NCBI RefSeq assembly: GCF_009914755.1
Contig: NC_060933.1
Strand: one strand, 5' to 3'
Source: the human T2T-CHM13v2.0 reference genome, Homo sapiens
DNA: 64,000 nucleotides
The number at the start of each line of letters is the position of its first letter. Position 1 is the first letter of the stretch. The translations under genes and the position numbers were made by a program. A model generated the notes under the pieces. The model saw only the letters and a program-made list of their open reading frames with translations, was not told the origin of the DNA and ran no database searches. This document shows positions 38,893 to 53,194 of the stretch, in pieces.

Positions 38893-40084
38893 AGCATTCT
38901 CAGAAACTTCCTTGTGATGTGTGTACTCAAGTAACAGAGTTGAACCTTCCTTTTGACAGAGCAGTTTTGAAGCACTCTTTTTGTAGAATCTGCAAGTGGA
39001 TATTTTGATACCTTTGAGGATTTCGTTGGACACGGGATATCTTCATATAAAATCTAGACAGAAGCATTCTCAGAAACTTCTTTGTGCTGTATGTCCTCAA
39101 TTAACAGAGTTGAACCTTTGTGTGGATACAGCATTTTGGAAACATTCCTTTAGTAGAATCTGCAAGTTGATATTTAGATAGCTAGGAAGAGTTCCTTGGA
39201 AACGGGAATATCTTCATATAAAATCTAGACGGAAGCATTCTCAGAAAGTGCTTTGTGATGTTTGCATTCAAGTCACAGAGTTGAATGTTCCCTTTTATAG
39301 AGCAGGTTTGAAATACTCTTTCTGCACTACCTGGAAGTGGACATTTGGAGCGCTTTGAGGCCTATGTTGAAAAAGGAAATATCTTCCCATAAAAACTAGA
39401 CAGAAGCATTCTCAGAAACTTGTTTGTGATGTGTGTATTCAACTAACAGAGATGAACCTTTCTTTTTACAGAGCAGTTTTGAAACACTCTTTTTGTGGAA
39501 TCTGAAAGTGGATATTTGGATAGCTTTGAGGATTTCGTTGGAAACGGGATTACATATAAAACCTAGAGAGAAGCATTCTCAGGAACTTCTTTGTGATGTT
39601 TGCATTCAAGTCACAGAACTGAACATTCCCTTTCATAGAGCAGGTTTGAAACACTCTTTCTGTAGTATCTACAAACGGACATTTCAAAAGCTTTCAGGCC
39701 TATGGTGAGAAAGGAAATATCTTCAAATAAAAACTAGACAGAAGCATTCTCAGAAACTTATTTGCGATGTGTGTCCTCAACTAACAGAGTTGAACCTTTC
39801 TTTTGATACAACATTTTGGAAACACTCTTTTTGTAGAATCTGCAAGTGGATATTTGAATAGCTTTGAAGGTTTCGTTGGAAACGGGAATATCTTCATATA
39901 AAATCAAGACAGAAGCATTCTCAGAAACTTCTCTGTGATGTTTGCATTCAACTCATAGAGTTGAACACTTCCCTTCATACAGCAGGTTTGAAACACTCTT
40001 TTTGTAACATTTGGAAGTGGACATTTGCAGCGCTTTGAGGCCTATGTTGAAAAAGGAAATATCTTCTCCTAAAAACCAGACAGA
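38893..40084 (+). repeat. 7-mer HOR (1192 bp): trimer + 1 hybrid tetramer
   Basis: Marker spacing 38996->40188 = 1192; the only one in the window. Confidence 0.95.
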
Positions 40085-43000
40085 AGCATTCTCAGAAACT
40101 TCCTTGTGATGTGTGTACTCAAGTAACAGAGTTGAACCTTCCTTTTGACAGAGCAGTTTTGAAGCACTCTTTTTGTAGAATCTGCAAGTGGATATTTTGA
40201 TACCTTTGAGGATTTCGTTGGACACGGGATATCTTCATATAAAATCTAGACAGAAGCATTCTCAGAAACTTCTTTGTGCTGTATGTCCTCAATTAACAGA
40301 GTTGAACCTTTGTGTGGATACAGCATTTTGGAAACATTCCTTTAGTAGAATCTGCAAGTTGATATTTAGATAGCTAGGAAGATTTCCTTGGAAACGGGAA
40401 TATCTTCATATAAAATCTAGACGGAAGCATTCTCAGAAAGTGCTTTGTGATGTTTGCATTCAAGTCACAGAGTTGAATATTCCCTTTTATAGAGCAGGTT
40501 TGAAACACTCTTTCTGCACTACCTGGAAGTGGACATTTGGAGCGCTTTGAGGCCTATGTTGAAAAAGGAAATATCTTCCCATAAAAACTAGACAGAAGCA
40601 TTCTCAGAAACTTGTTTGTGATGTGTGTATTCAACTAACAGAGATGAACCTCTCTTTTTACAGAGCAGTTTTGAAACACTCTTTTTGTGGAATCTGAAAG
40701 TGGATATTTGGAGAGCTTTGCGGATTTCGTTGGAAACGGGATTACATATAAAATCTAGGGAGAAGCATTCTCAGGAACTTCTTTGTGATGTTTGCCTTCA
40801 AGTCACAGGACTGAACATTCCCTTTCATAGAGCAGGTTTGAAACACTCTTTCTGTAGTATCTGCAAGCTGACGTTTCAAGCGCTTTCAGGCCTATGGTGA
40901 GAAAGGAAATATCTTCAAGTAAAAACTAGACAGAAGCATTCTCAGAAACTTATTTGCCATGTGTGTTCTCAACTAACAGAGTTGAACCTTTGTTTTGATA
41001 CGGCATTTTGGAAACACTCTTTTTGTAGAATCTGCAGGTGGATATTCGGATAGCTTTGAAGGTTTCGTTGGAAACGGGAATATCTTCATATAAAATCTTG
41101 ACGGAAGCATTCTCAGAAACTGCTTTGTGATGTTTTCATTCAAGTCACAGAGTAGAATCTTCCCTGTTATATACCAGGTTTCAGACACTCTTTCTGCACT
41201 ACCTGGAAGTGGACATTTGCAGCGCTTTGAGGCCTATGATGAAAAAGGAAATATCTTCCCATGAAAACTAGACAGAAGCATTCTCAGAAACTTGTTTGTG
41301 ATGTGTGTATTCAACTAACAGAGATGAACCTTTCTTTTTACAGAGCAGTTTTGAAACACTCTTTTTGTGGAATCTGAAAGTGGATATTTGGATAGCTTTG
41401 AGGATTTCGTTGGAAACGGGATTACATATAAAATCTAGAGAGAAGCATTCTCAGGAACTTCTTTGTGATGTTTGCATTCACGTCACAGAACTGAACATTC
41501 CCTTTCATAGAGCATGTTTGAAACACTCTTTCTGTAGTATCTGCAAACGGACATTTCAAACGCTTTCAGGCCTATGGTGAGAAAGGAAATATCTTCAAAT
41601 AAAAACTAGACAGAAGCATTCTCAGAAACTTATTTGCGATGTGTGTCCTCAACTAACAGAGTTGAACCTTTCTTTTGATACAACATTTTGGAAACACTCT
41701 TTTTGTAGAATCTGCAAGTGGATATTTGAATAGCTTTGAAGGTTTCGTTGGAAACGGGAATATCTTCATATAAAATCAAGACAGAAGCATTCTCAGAAAC
41801 TTCTCTGTGATGTTTGCATTCAACTCATAGAGTTGAACACTTCCCTTCATACAGCAGGTTTGAAACACTCTTTTTGTAATATTTGGAAGTGGACATTTGC
41901 AGCGCTTTGAGGCCTATGATGAAAAAGGAAATATCTTCCCATAAAAACTAGACAGAAGCATTCTCAGAAACTTGTTTGTGATGTGTGTATTCAACTAACA
42001 GAGATGAACCTTTCTTTTTACAGAGCAGTTTTGAAACACTCTTTTTGTGGAATCTGAAAGTGGATATTTGGATAGCTTTGCGGATTTCGTTGGAAACGGG
42101 ATTACATATAAAATCTAGGGAGAAGCATTCTCAGGAACTTCTTTGTGATGTTTGCATTCAAGTCACAGAACTGAACATTCCCTTTCATAGAGCAGGTTTG
42201 AAACACTCTTTCTGTAGTATCTGCAAGCGGACGTTTTAAGCGCTTTCAGGCCTGTGGTGAGAAAGGAAATATCTTCAAATAAAAACTAGACAGAAGCATT
42301 CTCAGAAACTTATTTGCGATGTGTGTCCTCAACTAACAGAGTTGAACCTTTCTTTTGATACAACATTTTGGAAACACTCTTTTTGTAGAATCTGCAAGTG
42401 GATATTTGGATAGCTTTGAAGGTTTCGTTGGAAACGGGAATATCTTCATATGAAATCAAGACAGAAGCATTCTCAGAAACTTCTCTGTGATGTTTGCATT
42501 CAACTCATAGAGTTGAACACTTCCCTTCATACAGCAGGTTTGAAACACTCTTTTTCTAATATTTGGAAGTGGACATTTGCAGCGCTTTGAGGCCTATGTT
42601 GAAAAAGGAAATATCTTCTCCTAAAAACCAGACAGAAGCATTCTCAGAAACTTCCTTGTGATGTGTGTACTCAAGTAACAGAGTTGAACCTTCCTTTTGA
42701 CAGAGCAGTTTTGAAGCACTCTTTTTGTAGAATCTGCAAGTGGATATTTTGATACCATTGAGGATTTCGTTGGACACGGGATATCTTCATATAAAATCTA
42801 GACAGAAGCATTCTCAGAAACTTCTTTGTGCTGTATGTCCTCAATTAACAGAGTTGAACCTTTGTGTGGATACAGCATTTTGGAAACATTCCTTTAGTAG
42901 AATCTGCAAGTTGATATTTAGATAGCTAGGAAGAGTTCCTTGGAAACGGGAATATCTTCATATAAAATCTAGACGGAAGCATTCTCAGAAAGTGCTTTGT

Positions 43001-46000
43001 GATGTTTGCATTCAAGTCACAGAGTTGAATGTTCCCTTTTATAGAGCAGGTTTGAAACACTCTTTCTGCACTACCTGGAAGTGGACATTTGGAGCGCTTT
43101 GAGGCCTATGTTGAAAAAGGAAATATCTTCCCATAAAAACTAGACAGAAGCATTCTCAGAAACTTGTTTGTGATGTGTGTATTCAACTAACAGAGATGAA
43201 CCTTTCTTTTTACAGAGCAGTTTTGAAACACTCTTTTTGTGGAATCTGAAAGTGGATATTTGGATAGCTTTGAGGATTTCGTTGGAAACGGGATTACATA
43301 TAAAACCTAGAGAGAAGCATTCTCAGGAACTTCTTTGTGATGTTTGCATTCAAGTCACAGAACTGAACATTCCCTTTCATAGAGCAGGTTTGAAACACTC
43401 TTTCTGTAGTATCTGCAAGCTGACGTTGCAAGCGCTTTCAGGCCTATGGTGAGAAAGGAAATATCTTCAAGTAAAAACTAGACAGAAGCATTCTCAGAAA
43501 CTTATTTGCGATGTGTGTTCTCAACTAACAGAGTTGAACCTTTGTTTTGATATGGCATTTTGGAAACACTCTTTTTGTAGAATCTGCAGGTGGATATTCG
43601 GATAGCTTTGAAGGTTTCGTTGGAAACGGGAATATCTTCATATAAAATCTAGACGGAAGCATTCTCAGAAACTGCTTTGTGATGTTTTCATTCAAGTCAC
43701 AGAGTAGAATGTTCCCTGTTATATACCAGGTTTGAGACACTCTTTCTGCACTACCTGGAAGTGGACATTTGCAGCGCTTTGAGGCCTATGATGAAAAAGG
43801 AAATATCTTCCCATAAAAACTAGACAGAAGCATTCTCAGAAACTTGTTTGTGATGTGTGTATTCAACTAACAGAGATGAACCTTTCTTTTTACAGAGCAG
43901 TTTTGAAACACTCTTTTTGTGGAATCTGAAAGTGGATATTTGGATAGCTTTGAGGATTTCGTTGGAAACGGGATTACATATAAAATCTAGAGAGAAGCAT
44001 TCTCAGGAACTTCTTTGTGATGTTTGCATTCACGTCACAGAACTGAACATTCCCTTTCATAGAGCAGGTTTGAAACACTCTTTCTGTAGTATCTGCAAGC
44101 GGACGTTTTAAGCGCTTTCAGGCCTGTGGTGAGAAAGGAAATATCTTCAAATAAAAACTAGACAGAAGCATTCTCAGAAACTTATTTGCGATGTGTGTCC
44201 TCAACTAACAGAGTTGAACCTTTCTTTTGATACAACATTTTGGAAACACTCTTTTTGTAGAATCTGCAAGTGGATATTTGCATAGCTTTGAAGGTTTCGT
44301 TGGAAACGGGAATATCTTCATATAAAATCAAGACAGAAGCATTCTCAGAAACTTCTCTGTGATGTTTGCATTCAACTCATAGAGTTGAACACTTCCCTTC
44401 ATACAGCAGGTTTGAAACACTCTTTTTGTAATATTTGGAAGTGGACATTTGCAGCGCTTTGAGGCCTATGTTGAAAAAGGAAATATCTTCTCCTAAAAAC
44501 CAGACAGAAGCATTCTCAGAAACTTCCTTGTGATGTGTGTACTCAAGTAACAGAGTTGAACCTTCCTTTTGACAGAGCAGTTTTGAAGCACTCTTTTTGT
44601 AGAATCTGCAAGTGGATATTTTGATACCTTTGAGGATTTCATTGGACACGGGATATCTTCATATAAAATCTAGACAGAAGCATTCTCAGAAACTTCTTTG
44701 TGCTGTATGTCCTCAATTAACAGAGTTGAACCTTTGTGTGGATATAGCATTTTGGAAACATTCCTTTAGTAGAATCTGCAAGTTGATATTTAGATAGCTA
44801 GGAAGATTTCCTTAGAAACGGGAATATCTTCATATAAAATCTAGACGGAAGCATTCTCAGAAAGTGCTTTGTGATGTTTGCATTCAAGTCACAGAGTTGA
44901 ATATTCCCTTTTATAGAGCAGGTTTGAAACACTCTTTCTGCACTACCTGGAAGTGGACATTTGGAGCGCTTTGAGGCCTATGTTGAAAAACGAAATATCT
45001 TCCCATAAAAACTAGACAGAAGCATTCTCAGAAACTTGTTTGTGATGTGTGTATTCAACTAACAGAGATGAACCTTTCTTTTTACAGAGCAGTTTTGAAA
45101 CACTCTTTTTGTGGAATCTGAAAGTGGATATTTGGATAGCTTTGAGGATTTCGTTGGAAACGGGATTACATATAAAACCTAGAGAGAAGCATTCTCAGGA
45201 ACTTCTTTGTGATGTTTGCCTTCAAGTCACAGGACTGAACATTCCCTTTCATAGAGCAGGTTTGAAACACTCTTTCTGTAGTATCTGCAAGCTGACGTTT
45301 CAAGCGCTTTCAGGCCTATGGTGAGAAAGGAAATATCTTCAAGTAAAAACTAGACAGAAGCATTCTCAGAAACTTATTTGCCATGTGTGTTCTCAACTAA
45401 CAGAGTTGAACCTTTGTTTTGATACGGCATTTTGGAAACACTCTTTTTGTAGAATCTGCAGGTGGATATTCGGATAGCTTTGAAGGTTTCGTTGGAAACG
45501 GGAATATCTTCATATAAAATCTTGACGGAAGCATTCTCAGAAACTGCTTTGTGATGTTTTCATTCAAGTCACAGAGTAGAATCTTCCCTGTTATATACCA
45601 GGTTTCAGACACTCTTTCTGCACTACCTGGAAGTGGACATTTGCAGCGCTTTGAGGCCTATGATGAAAAAGGAAATATCTTCCCATAAAAACTAGACAGA
45701 AGCATTCTCAGAAACTTGTTTGTGATGTGTGTATTCAACTAACAGAGATGAACCTTTCTTTTTACAGAGCAGTTTTGAAACACTCTTTTTGTGGAATCTG
45801 AAAGTGGATATTTAGATAGCTTTGAGGATTTCGTTGGAAACGGGATTACATATAAAATCTAGAGAGAAGCATTCTCAGGAACTTCTTTGTGATGTTTGCA
45901 TTCACGTCACAGAACTGAACATTCCCTTTCATAGAGCATGTTTGAAACACTCTTTCTGTAGTATCTGCAAACGGACATTTCAAACGCTTTCAGGCCTATG

Positions 46001-49000
46001 GTGAGAAAGGAAATATCTTCAAATAAAAACTAGACAGAAGCATTCTCAGAAACTTATTTGCGATGTGTGTCCTCAACTAACAGAGTTGAACCTTTCTTTT
46101 GATACAACATTTTGGAAACACTCTTTTTGTGGAATCTGCAAGTGGATATTTGGATAGCTTTGAAGGTTTCGTTGGAAACGGGAATATCTTCATATAAAAT
46201 CAAGACAGAAGCATTCTCAGAAACTTCTCTGTGATGTTTGCATTCAACTCATAGAGTTGAACACTTCCCTTCATACAGCAGGTTTGAAACACTCTTTTTG
46301 TAATATTTGGAAGTGGACATTTGCAGCGCTTTGAGGCCTATGATGAAAAAGGTAATATCTTCCCATAAAAACTAGACAGAAGCATTCTCAGAAACTTGTT
46401 TGTGATGTGTGTATTCAACTAACAGAGATGAACCTTTCTTTTTACAGAGCAGTTTTGAAACACTCTTTTTGTGGAATCTGAAAGTGGATATTTGGATAGC
46501 TTTGCGGATTTCGTTGGAAACGGGATTACATATAAAATCTAGGGAGAAGCATTCTCAGGAACTTCTTTGTGATGTTTGCATTCAAGTCACAGAACTGAAC
46601 ATTCCCTTTCATAGAGCAGGTTTGAAACACTCTTTCTGTAGTATCTGCAAGCGGACGTTTTAAGCGCTTTCAGGCCTGTGGTGAGAAAGGAAATATCTTC
46701 AAATAAAAACTAGACAGAAGCATTCTCAGAAACTTATTTGCGATGTGTGTCCTCAACTAACAGAGTTGAACCTTTCTTTTGATACAACATTTTGGAAACA
46801 CTCTTTTTGTAGAATCTGCAAGTGGATATTTGGATAGCTTTGAAGGTTTCGTTGGAAACGGGAATATCTTCATATGAAATCAAGACAGAAGCATTCTCAG
46901 AAACTTCTCTGTGATGTTTGCATTCAACTCATAGAGTTGAACACTTCTCTTCATACAGCAGGTTTGAAACACTCTTTTTCTAATATTTGGAAGTGGACAT
47001 TTGCAGCGCTTTGAGGCCTATGTTGAAAAAGGAAATATCTTCTCCTAAAAACCAGACAGAAGCATTCTCAGAAACTTCCTTGTGATGTGTGTACTCAAGT
47101 AACAGAGTTGAACCTTCCTTTTGACAGAGCAGTTTTGAAGCACTCTTTTTGTAGAATCTGCAAGTGGATATTTTGATACCATTGAGGATTTCGTTGGACA
47201 CGGGATATCTTCATATAAAATCTAGACAGAAGCATTCTCAGAAACTTCTTTGTGCTGTATGTCCTCAATTAACAGAGTTGAACCTTTGTGTGGATACAGC
47301 ATTTTGGAAACATTCCTTTAGTAGAATCTGCAAGTTGATATTTAGATAGCTAGGAAGAGTTCCTTGGAAACGGGAATATCTTCATATAAAATCTAGACGG
47401 AAGCATTCTCAGAAAGTGCTTTGTGATGTTTGCATTCAAGTCACAGAGTTGAATGTTCCCTTTTATAGAGCAGGTTTGAAACACTCTTTCTGCACTACCT
47501 GGAAGTGGACATTTGGAGCGCTTTGAGGCCTATGTTGAAAAAGGAAATATCTTCCCATAAAAACTAGACAGAAGCATTCTCAGAAACTTGTTTGTGATGT
47601 GTGTATTCAACTAACAGAGATGAACCTTTCTTTTTACAGAGCAGTTTTGAAACACTCTTTTTGTGGAATCTGAAAGTGGATATTTGGATAGCTTTGAGGA
47701 TTTCGTTGGAAACGGGATTACATATAAAACCTAGAGAGAAGCATTCTCAGGAACTTCTTTGTGATGTTTGCATTCAAGTCACAGAACTGAACATTCCCTT
47801 TCATAGAGCAGGTTTGAAACACTCTTTCTGTAGTATCTGCAAGCTGACGTTTCAAGCGCTTTCAGGCCTATGGTGAGAAAGGAAATATCTTCAAGTAAAA
47901 ACTAGACAGAAGCATTCTCAGAAACTTATTTGCGATGTGTGTTCTCAACTAACAGAGTTGAACCTTTGTTTTGATATGGCATTTTGGAAACACTCTTTTT
48001 GTAGAATCTGCAGGTGGATATTCGGATAGCTTTGAAGGTTTCGTTGGAAACGGGAATATCTTCATATAAAATCTAGACGGAAGCATTCTCAGAAACTGCT
48101 TTGTGATGTTTTCATTCAAGTCACAGAGTAGAATGTTCCCTGTTATATACCAGGTTTGAGACACTCTTTCTGCACTACCTGGAAGTGGACATTTGCAGCG
48201 CTTTGAGGCCTATGATGAAAAAGGAAATATCTTCCCATAAAAACTAGACAGAAGCATTCTCAGAAACTTGTTTGTGATGTGTGTATTCAACTAACAGAGA
48301 TGAACCTTTCTTTTTACAGAGCAGTTTTGAAACACTCTTTTTGTGGAATCTGAAAGTGGATATTTGGATAGCTTTGAGGATTTCGTTGGAAACGGGATTA
48401 CATATAAAATCTAGAGAGAAGCATTCTCAGGAACTTCTTTGTGATGTTTGCATTCACGTCACAGAACTGAACATTCCCTTTCATAGAGCATGTTTGAAAC
48501 ACTCTTTCTGTAGTATCTACAAACGGACATTTCAAACGCTTTCAGGCCTATGGTGAGAAAGGAAATATCTTCAAATAAAAACTAGACAGAAGCATTCTCA
48601 GAAACTTATTTGCGATGTGTGTCCTCAACTAACAGAGTTGAACCTTTCTTTTGATACAACATTTTGGAAACACTCTTTTTGTAGAATCTGCAAGTGGATA
48701 TTTGAATAGCTTTGAAGGTTTCGTTGGAAACGGGAATATCTTCATATAAAATCAAGACAGAAGCATTCTCAGAAACTTCTCTGTGATGTTTGCATTCAAC
48801 TCATAGAGTTGAACACTTCCCTTCATACAGCAGGTTTGAAACACTCTTTTTGTAACATTTGGAAGTGGACATTTGCAGCGCTTTGAGGCCTATGTTGAAA
48901 AAGGAAATATCTTCTCCTAAAAACCAGACAGAAGCATTCTCAGAAACTTCCTTGTGATGTGTGTACTCAAGTAACAGAGTTGAACCTTCCTTTTGACAGA

Positions 49001-52000
49001 GCAGTTTTGAAGCACTCTTTTTGTAGAATCTGCAAGTGGATATTTTGATACCTTTGAGGATTTCGTTGGACACGGGATATCTTCATATAAAATCTAGACA
49101 GAAGCATTCTCAGAAACTTCTTTGTGCTGTATGTCCTCAATTAACAGAGTTGAACCTTTGTGTGGATACAGCATTTTGGAAACATTCCTTTAGTAGAATC
49201 TGCAAGTTGATATTTAGATAGCTAGGAAGATTTCCTTGGAAACGGGAATATCTTCATATAAAATCTAGACGGAAGCATTCTCAGAAAGTGCTTTGTGATG
49301 TTTGCATTCAAGTCACAGAGTTGAATATTCCCTTTTATAGAGCAGGTTTGAAACACTCTTTCTGCACTACCTGGAAGTGGACATTTGGAGCGCTTTGAGG
49401 CCTATGTTGAAAAAGGAAATATCTTCCCATAAAAACTAGACAGAAGCATTCTCAGAAACTTGTTTGTGATGTGTGTATTCAACTAACAGAGATGAACCTT
49501 TCTTTTTACAGAGCAGTTTTGAAACACTCTTTTTGTGGAATCTGAAAGTGGATATTTGGATAGCTTTGAGGATTTCGTTGGAAACGGGATTACATATAAA
49601 ACCTAGAGAGAAGCATTCTCAGGAACTTCTTTGTGATGTTTGCCTTCAAGTCACAGGACTGAACATTCCCTTTCATAGAGCAGGTTTGAAACACTCTTTC
49701 TGTAGTATCTGCAAGCTGACGTTTCAAGCGCTTTCAGGCCTATGGTGAGAAAGGAAATATCTTCAAGTAAAAACTGGACAGAAGCATTCTCAGAAACTTA
49801 TTTGCCATGTGTGTTCTCAACTAACAGAGTTGAACCTTTGTTTTGATACGGCATTTTGGAAACACTCTTTTTGTAGAATCTGCAGGTGGATATTCGGATA
49901 GCTTTGAAGGTTTCGTTGGAAACGGGAATATCTTCATATAAAATCTTGACGGAAGCATTCTCAGAAACTGCTTTGTGATGTTTTCATTCAAGTCACAGAG
50001 TAGAATCTTCCCTGTTATATACCAGGTTTCAGACACTCTTTCTGCACTACCTGGAAGTGGACATTTGCAGCGCTTTGAGGCCTATGATGAAAAAGGAAAT
50101 ATCTTCCCATAAAAACTAGACAGAAGCATTCTCAGAAACTTGTTTGTGATGTGTGTATTCAACTAACAGAGATGAACCTTTCTTTTTACAGAGCAGTTTT
50201 GAAACACTCTTTTTGTGGAATCTGAAAGTGGATATTTGGATAGCTTTGAGGATTTCGTTGGAAACGGGATTACATATAAAACCTAGAGAGAAGCATTCTC
50301 AGGAACTTCTTTGTGATGTTTGCATTCAAGTCACAGAACTGAACATTCCCTTTCATAGAGCAGGTTTGAAACACTCTTTCTGTAGTATCTGCAAGCTGAC
50401 GTTTCAAGCGCTTTCAGGCCTATGGTGAGAAAGGAAATATCTTCAAGTAAAAACTAGACAGAAGCATTCTCAGAAACTTATTTGCGATGTGTGTTCTCAA
50501 CTAACAGAGTTGAACCTTTGTTTTGATATGGCATTTTGGAAACACTCTTTTTGTAGAATCTGCAGGTGGATATTCGGATAGCTTTGAAGGTTTCGTTGGA
50601 AACGGGAATATCTTCATATAAAATCTAGACGGAAGCATTCTCAGAAACTGCTTTGTGATGTTTTCATTCAAGTCACAGAGTAGAATGTTCCCTGTTATAT
50701 ACCAGGTTTGAGACACTCTTTCTGCACTACCTGGAAGTGGACATTTGCAGCGCTTTGAGGCCTATGATGAAAAAGGAAATATCTTCCCATAAAAACTAGA
50801 CAGAAGCATTCTCAGAAACTTGTTTGTGATGTGTGTATTCAACTAACAGAGATGAACCTTTCTTTTTACAGAGCAGTTTTGAAACACTCTTTTTGTGGAA
50901 TCTGAAAGTGGATATTTGGATAGCTTTGAGGATTTCGTTGGAAACGGGATTACATATAAAATCTAGAGAGAAGCATTCTCAGGAACTTCTTTGTGATGTT
51001 TGCATTCACGTCACAGAACTGAACATTCCCTTTCATAGAGCATGTTTGAAACACTCTTTCTGTAGTATCTACAAACGGACATTTCAAACGCTTTCAGGCC
51101 TATGGTGAGAAAGGAAATATCTTCAAATAAAAACTAGACAGAAGCATTCTCAGAAACTTATTTGCGATGTGTGTCCTCAACTAACAGAGTTGAACCTTTC
51201 TTTTGATACAACATTTTGGAAACACTCTTTTTGTAGAATCTGCAAGTGGATATTTGAATAGCTTTGAAGGTTTCGTTGGAAACGGGAATATCTTCATATA
51301 AAATCAAGACAGAAGCATTCTCAGAAACTTCTCTGTGATGTTTGCATTCAACTCATAGAGTTGAACACTTCCCTTCATACAGCAGGTTTGAAACACTCTT
51401 TTTGTAACATTTGGAAGTGGACATTTGCAGCGCTTTGAGGCCTATGTTGAAAAAGGAAATATCTTCTCCTAAAAACCAGACAGAAGCATTCTCAGAAACT
51501 TCCTTGTGATGTGTGTACTCAAGTAACAGAGTTGAACCTTCCTTTTGACAGAGCAGTTTTGAAGCACTCTTTTTGTAGAATCTGCAAGTGGATATTTTGA
51601 TACCTTTGAGGATTTCGTTGGACACGGGATATCTTCATATAAAATCTAGACAGAAGCATTCTCAGAAACTTCTTTGTGCTGTATGTCCTCAATTAACAGA
51701 GTTGAACCTTTGTGTGGATACAGCATTTTGGAAACATTCCTTTAGTAGAATCTGCAAGTTGATATTTAGATAGCTAGGAAGATTTCCTTGGAAACGGGAA
51801 TATCTTCATATAAAATCTAGACGGAAGCATTCTCAGAAAGTGCTTTGTGATGTTTGCATTCAAGTCACAGAGTTGAATATTCCCTTTTATAGAGCAGGTT
51901 TGAAACACTCTTTCTGCACTACCTGGAAGTGGACATTTGGAGCGCTTTGAGGCCTATGTTGAAAAAGGAAATATCTTCCCATAAAAACTAGACAGAAGCA

Positions 52001-53194
52001 TTCTCAGAAACTTGTTTGTGATGTGTGTATTCAACTAACAGAGATGAACCTTTCTTTTTACAGAGCAGTTTTGAAACACTCTTTTTGTGGAATCTGAAAG
52101 TGGATATTTGGATAGCTTTGAGGATTTCGTTGGAAACGGGATTACATATAAAACCTAGAGAGAAGCATTCTCAGGAACTTCTTTGTGATGTTTGCCTTCA
52201 AGTCACAGGACTGAACATTCCCTTTCATAGAGCAGGTTTGAAACACTCTTTCTGTAGTATCTGCAAGCTGACGTTTCAAGCGCTTTCAGGCCTATGGTGA
52301 GAAAGGAAATATCTTCAAGTAAAAACTGGACAGAAGCATTCTCAGAAACTTATTTGCCATGTGTGTTCTCAACTAACAGAGTTGAACCTTTGTTTTGATA
52401 CGGCATTTTGGAAACACTCTTTTTGTAGAATCTGCAGGTGGATATTCGGATAGCTTTGAAGGTTTCGTTGGAAACGGGAATATCTTCATATAAAATCTTG
52501 ACGGAAGCATTCTCAGAAACTGCTTTGTGATGTTTTCATTCAAGTCACAGAGTAGAATCTTCCCTGTTATATACCAGGTTTCAGACACTCTTTCTGCACT
52601 ACCTGGAAGTGGACATTTGCAGCGCTTTGAGGCCTATGATGAAAAAGGAAATATCTTCCCATAAAAACTAGACAGAAGCATTCTCAGAAACTTGTTTGTG
52701 ATGTGTGTATTCAACTAACAGAGATGAACCTTTCTTTTTACAGAGCAGTTTTGAAACACTCTTTTTGTGGAATCTGAAAGTGGATATTTGGATAGCTTTG
52801 AGGATTTCGTTGGAAACGGGATTACATATAAAATCTAGAGAGAAGCATTCTCAGGAACTTCTTTGTGATGTTTGCATTCACGTCACAGAACTGAACATTC
52901 CCTTTCATAGAGCATGTTTGAAACACTCTTTCTGTAGTATCTGCAAACGGACATTTCAAACGCTTTCAGGCCTATGGTGAGAAAGGAAATATCTTCAAAT
53001 AAAAACTAGACAGAAGCATTCTCAGAAACTTATTTGCGATGTGTGTCCTCAACTAACAGAGTTGAACCTTTCTTTTGATACAACATTTTGGAAACACTCT
53101 TTTTGTGGAATCTGCAAGTGGATATTTGGATAGCTTTGAAGGTTTCGTTGGAAACGGGAATATCTTCATATAAAATCAAGACAGAAGCATTCTC

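Larger units (their letters stand above)
25963..45583 (+). repeat. Large tandem duplication, copy 2 (19621 bp; lacks one tetramer)
   Basis: Matches copy 1: 20567->40188, 23119->42740 and 24991->44612 are all 19621. Confidence 0.9.
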
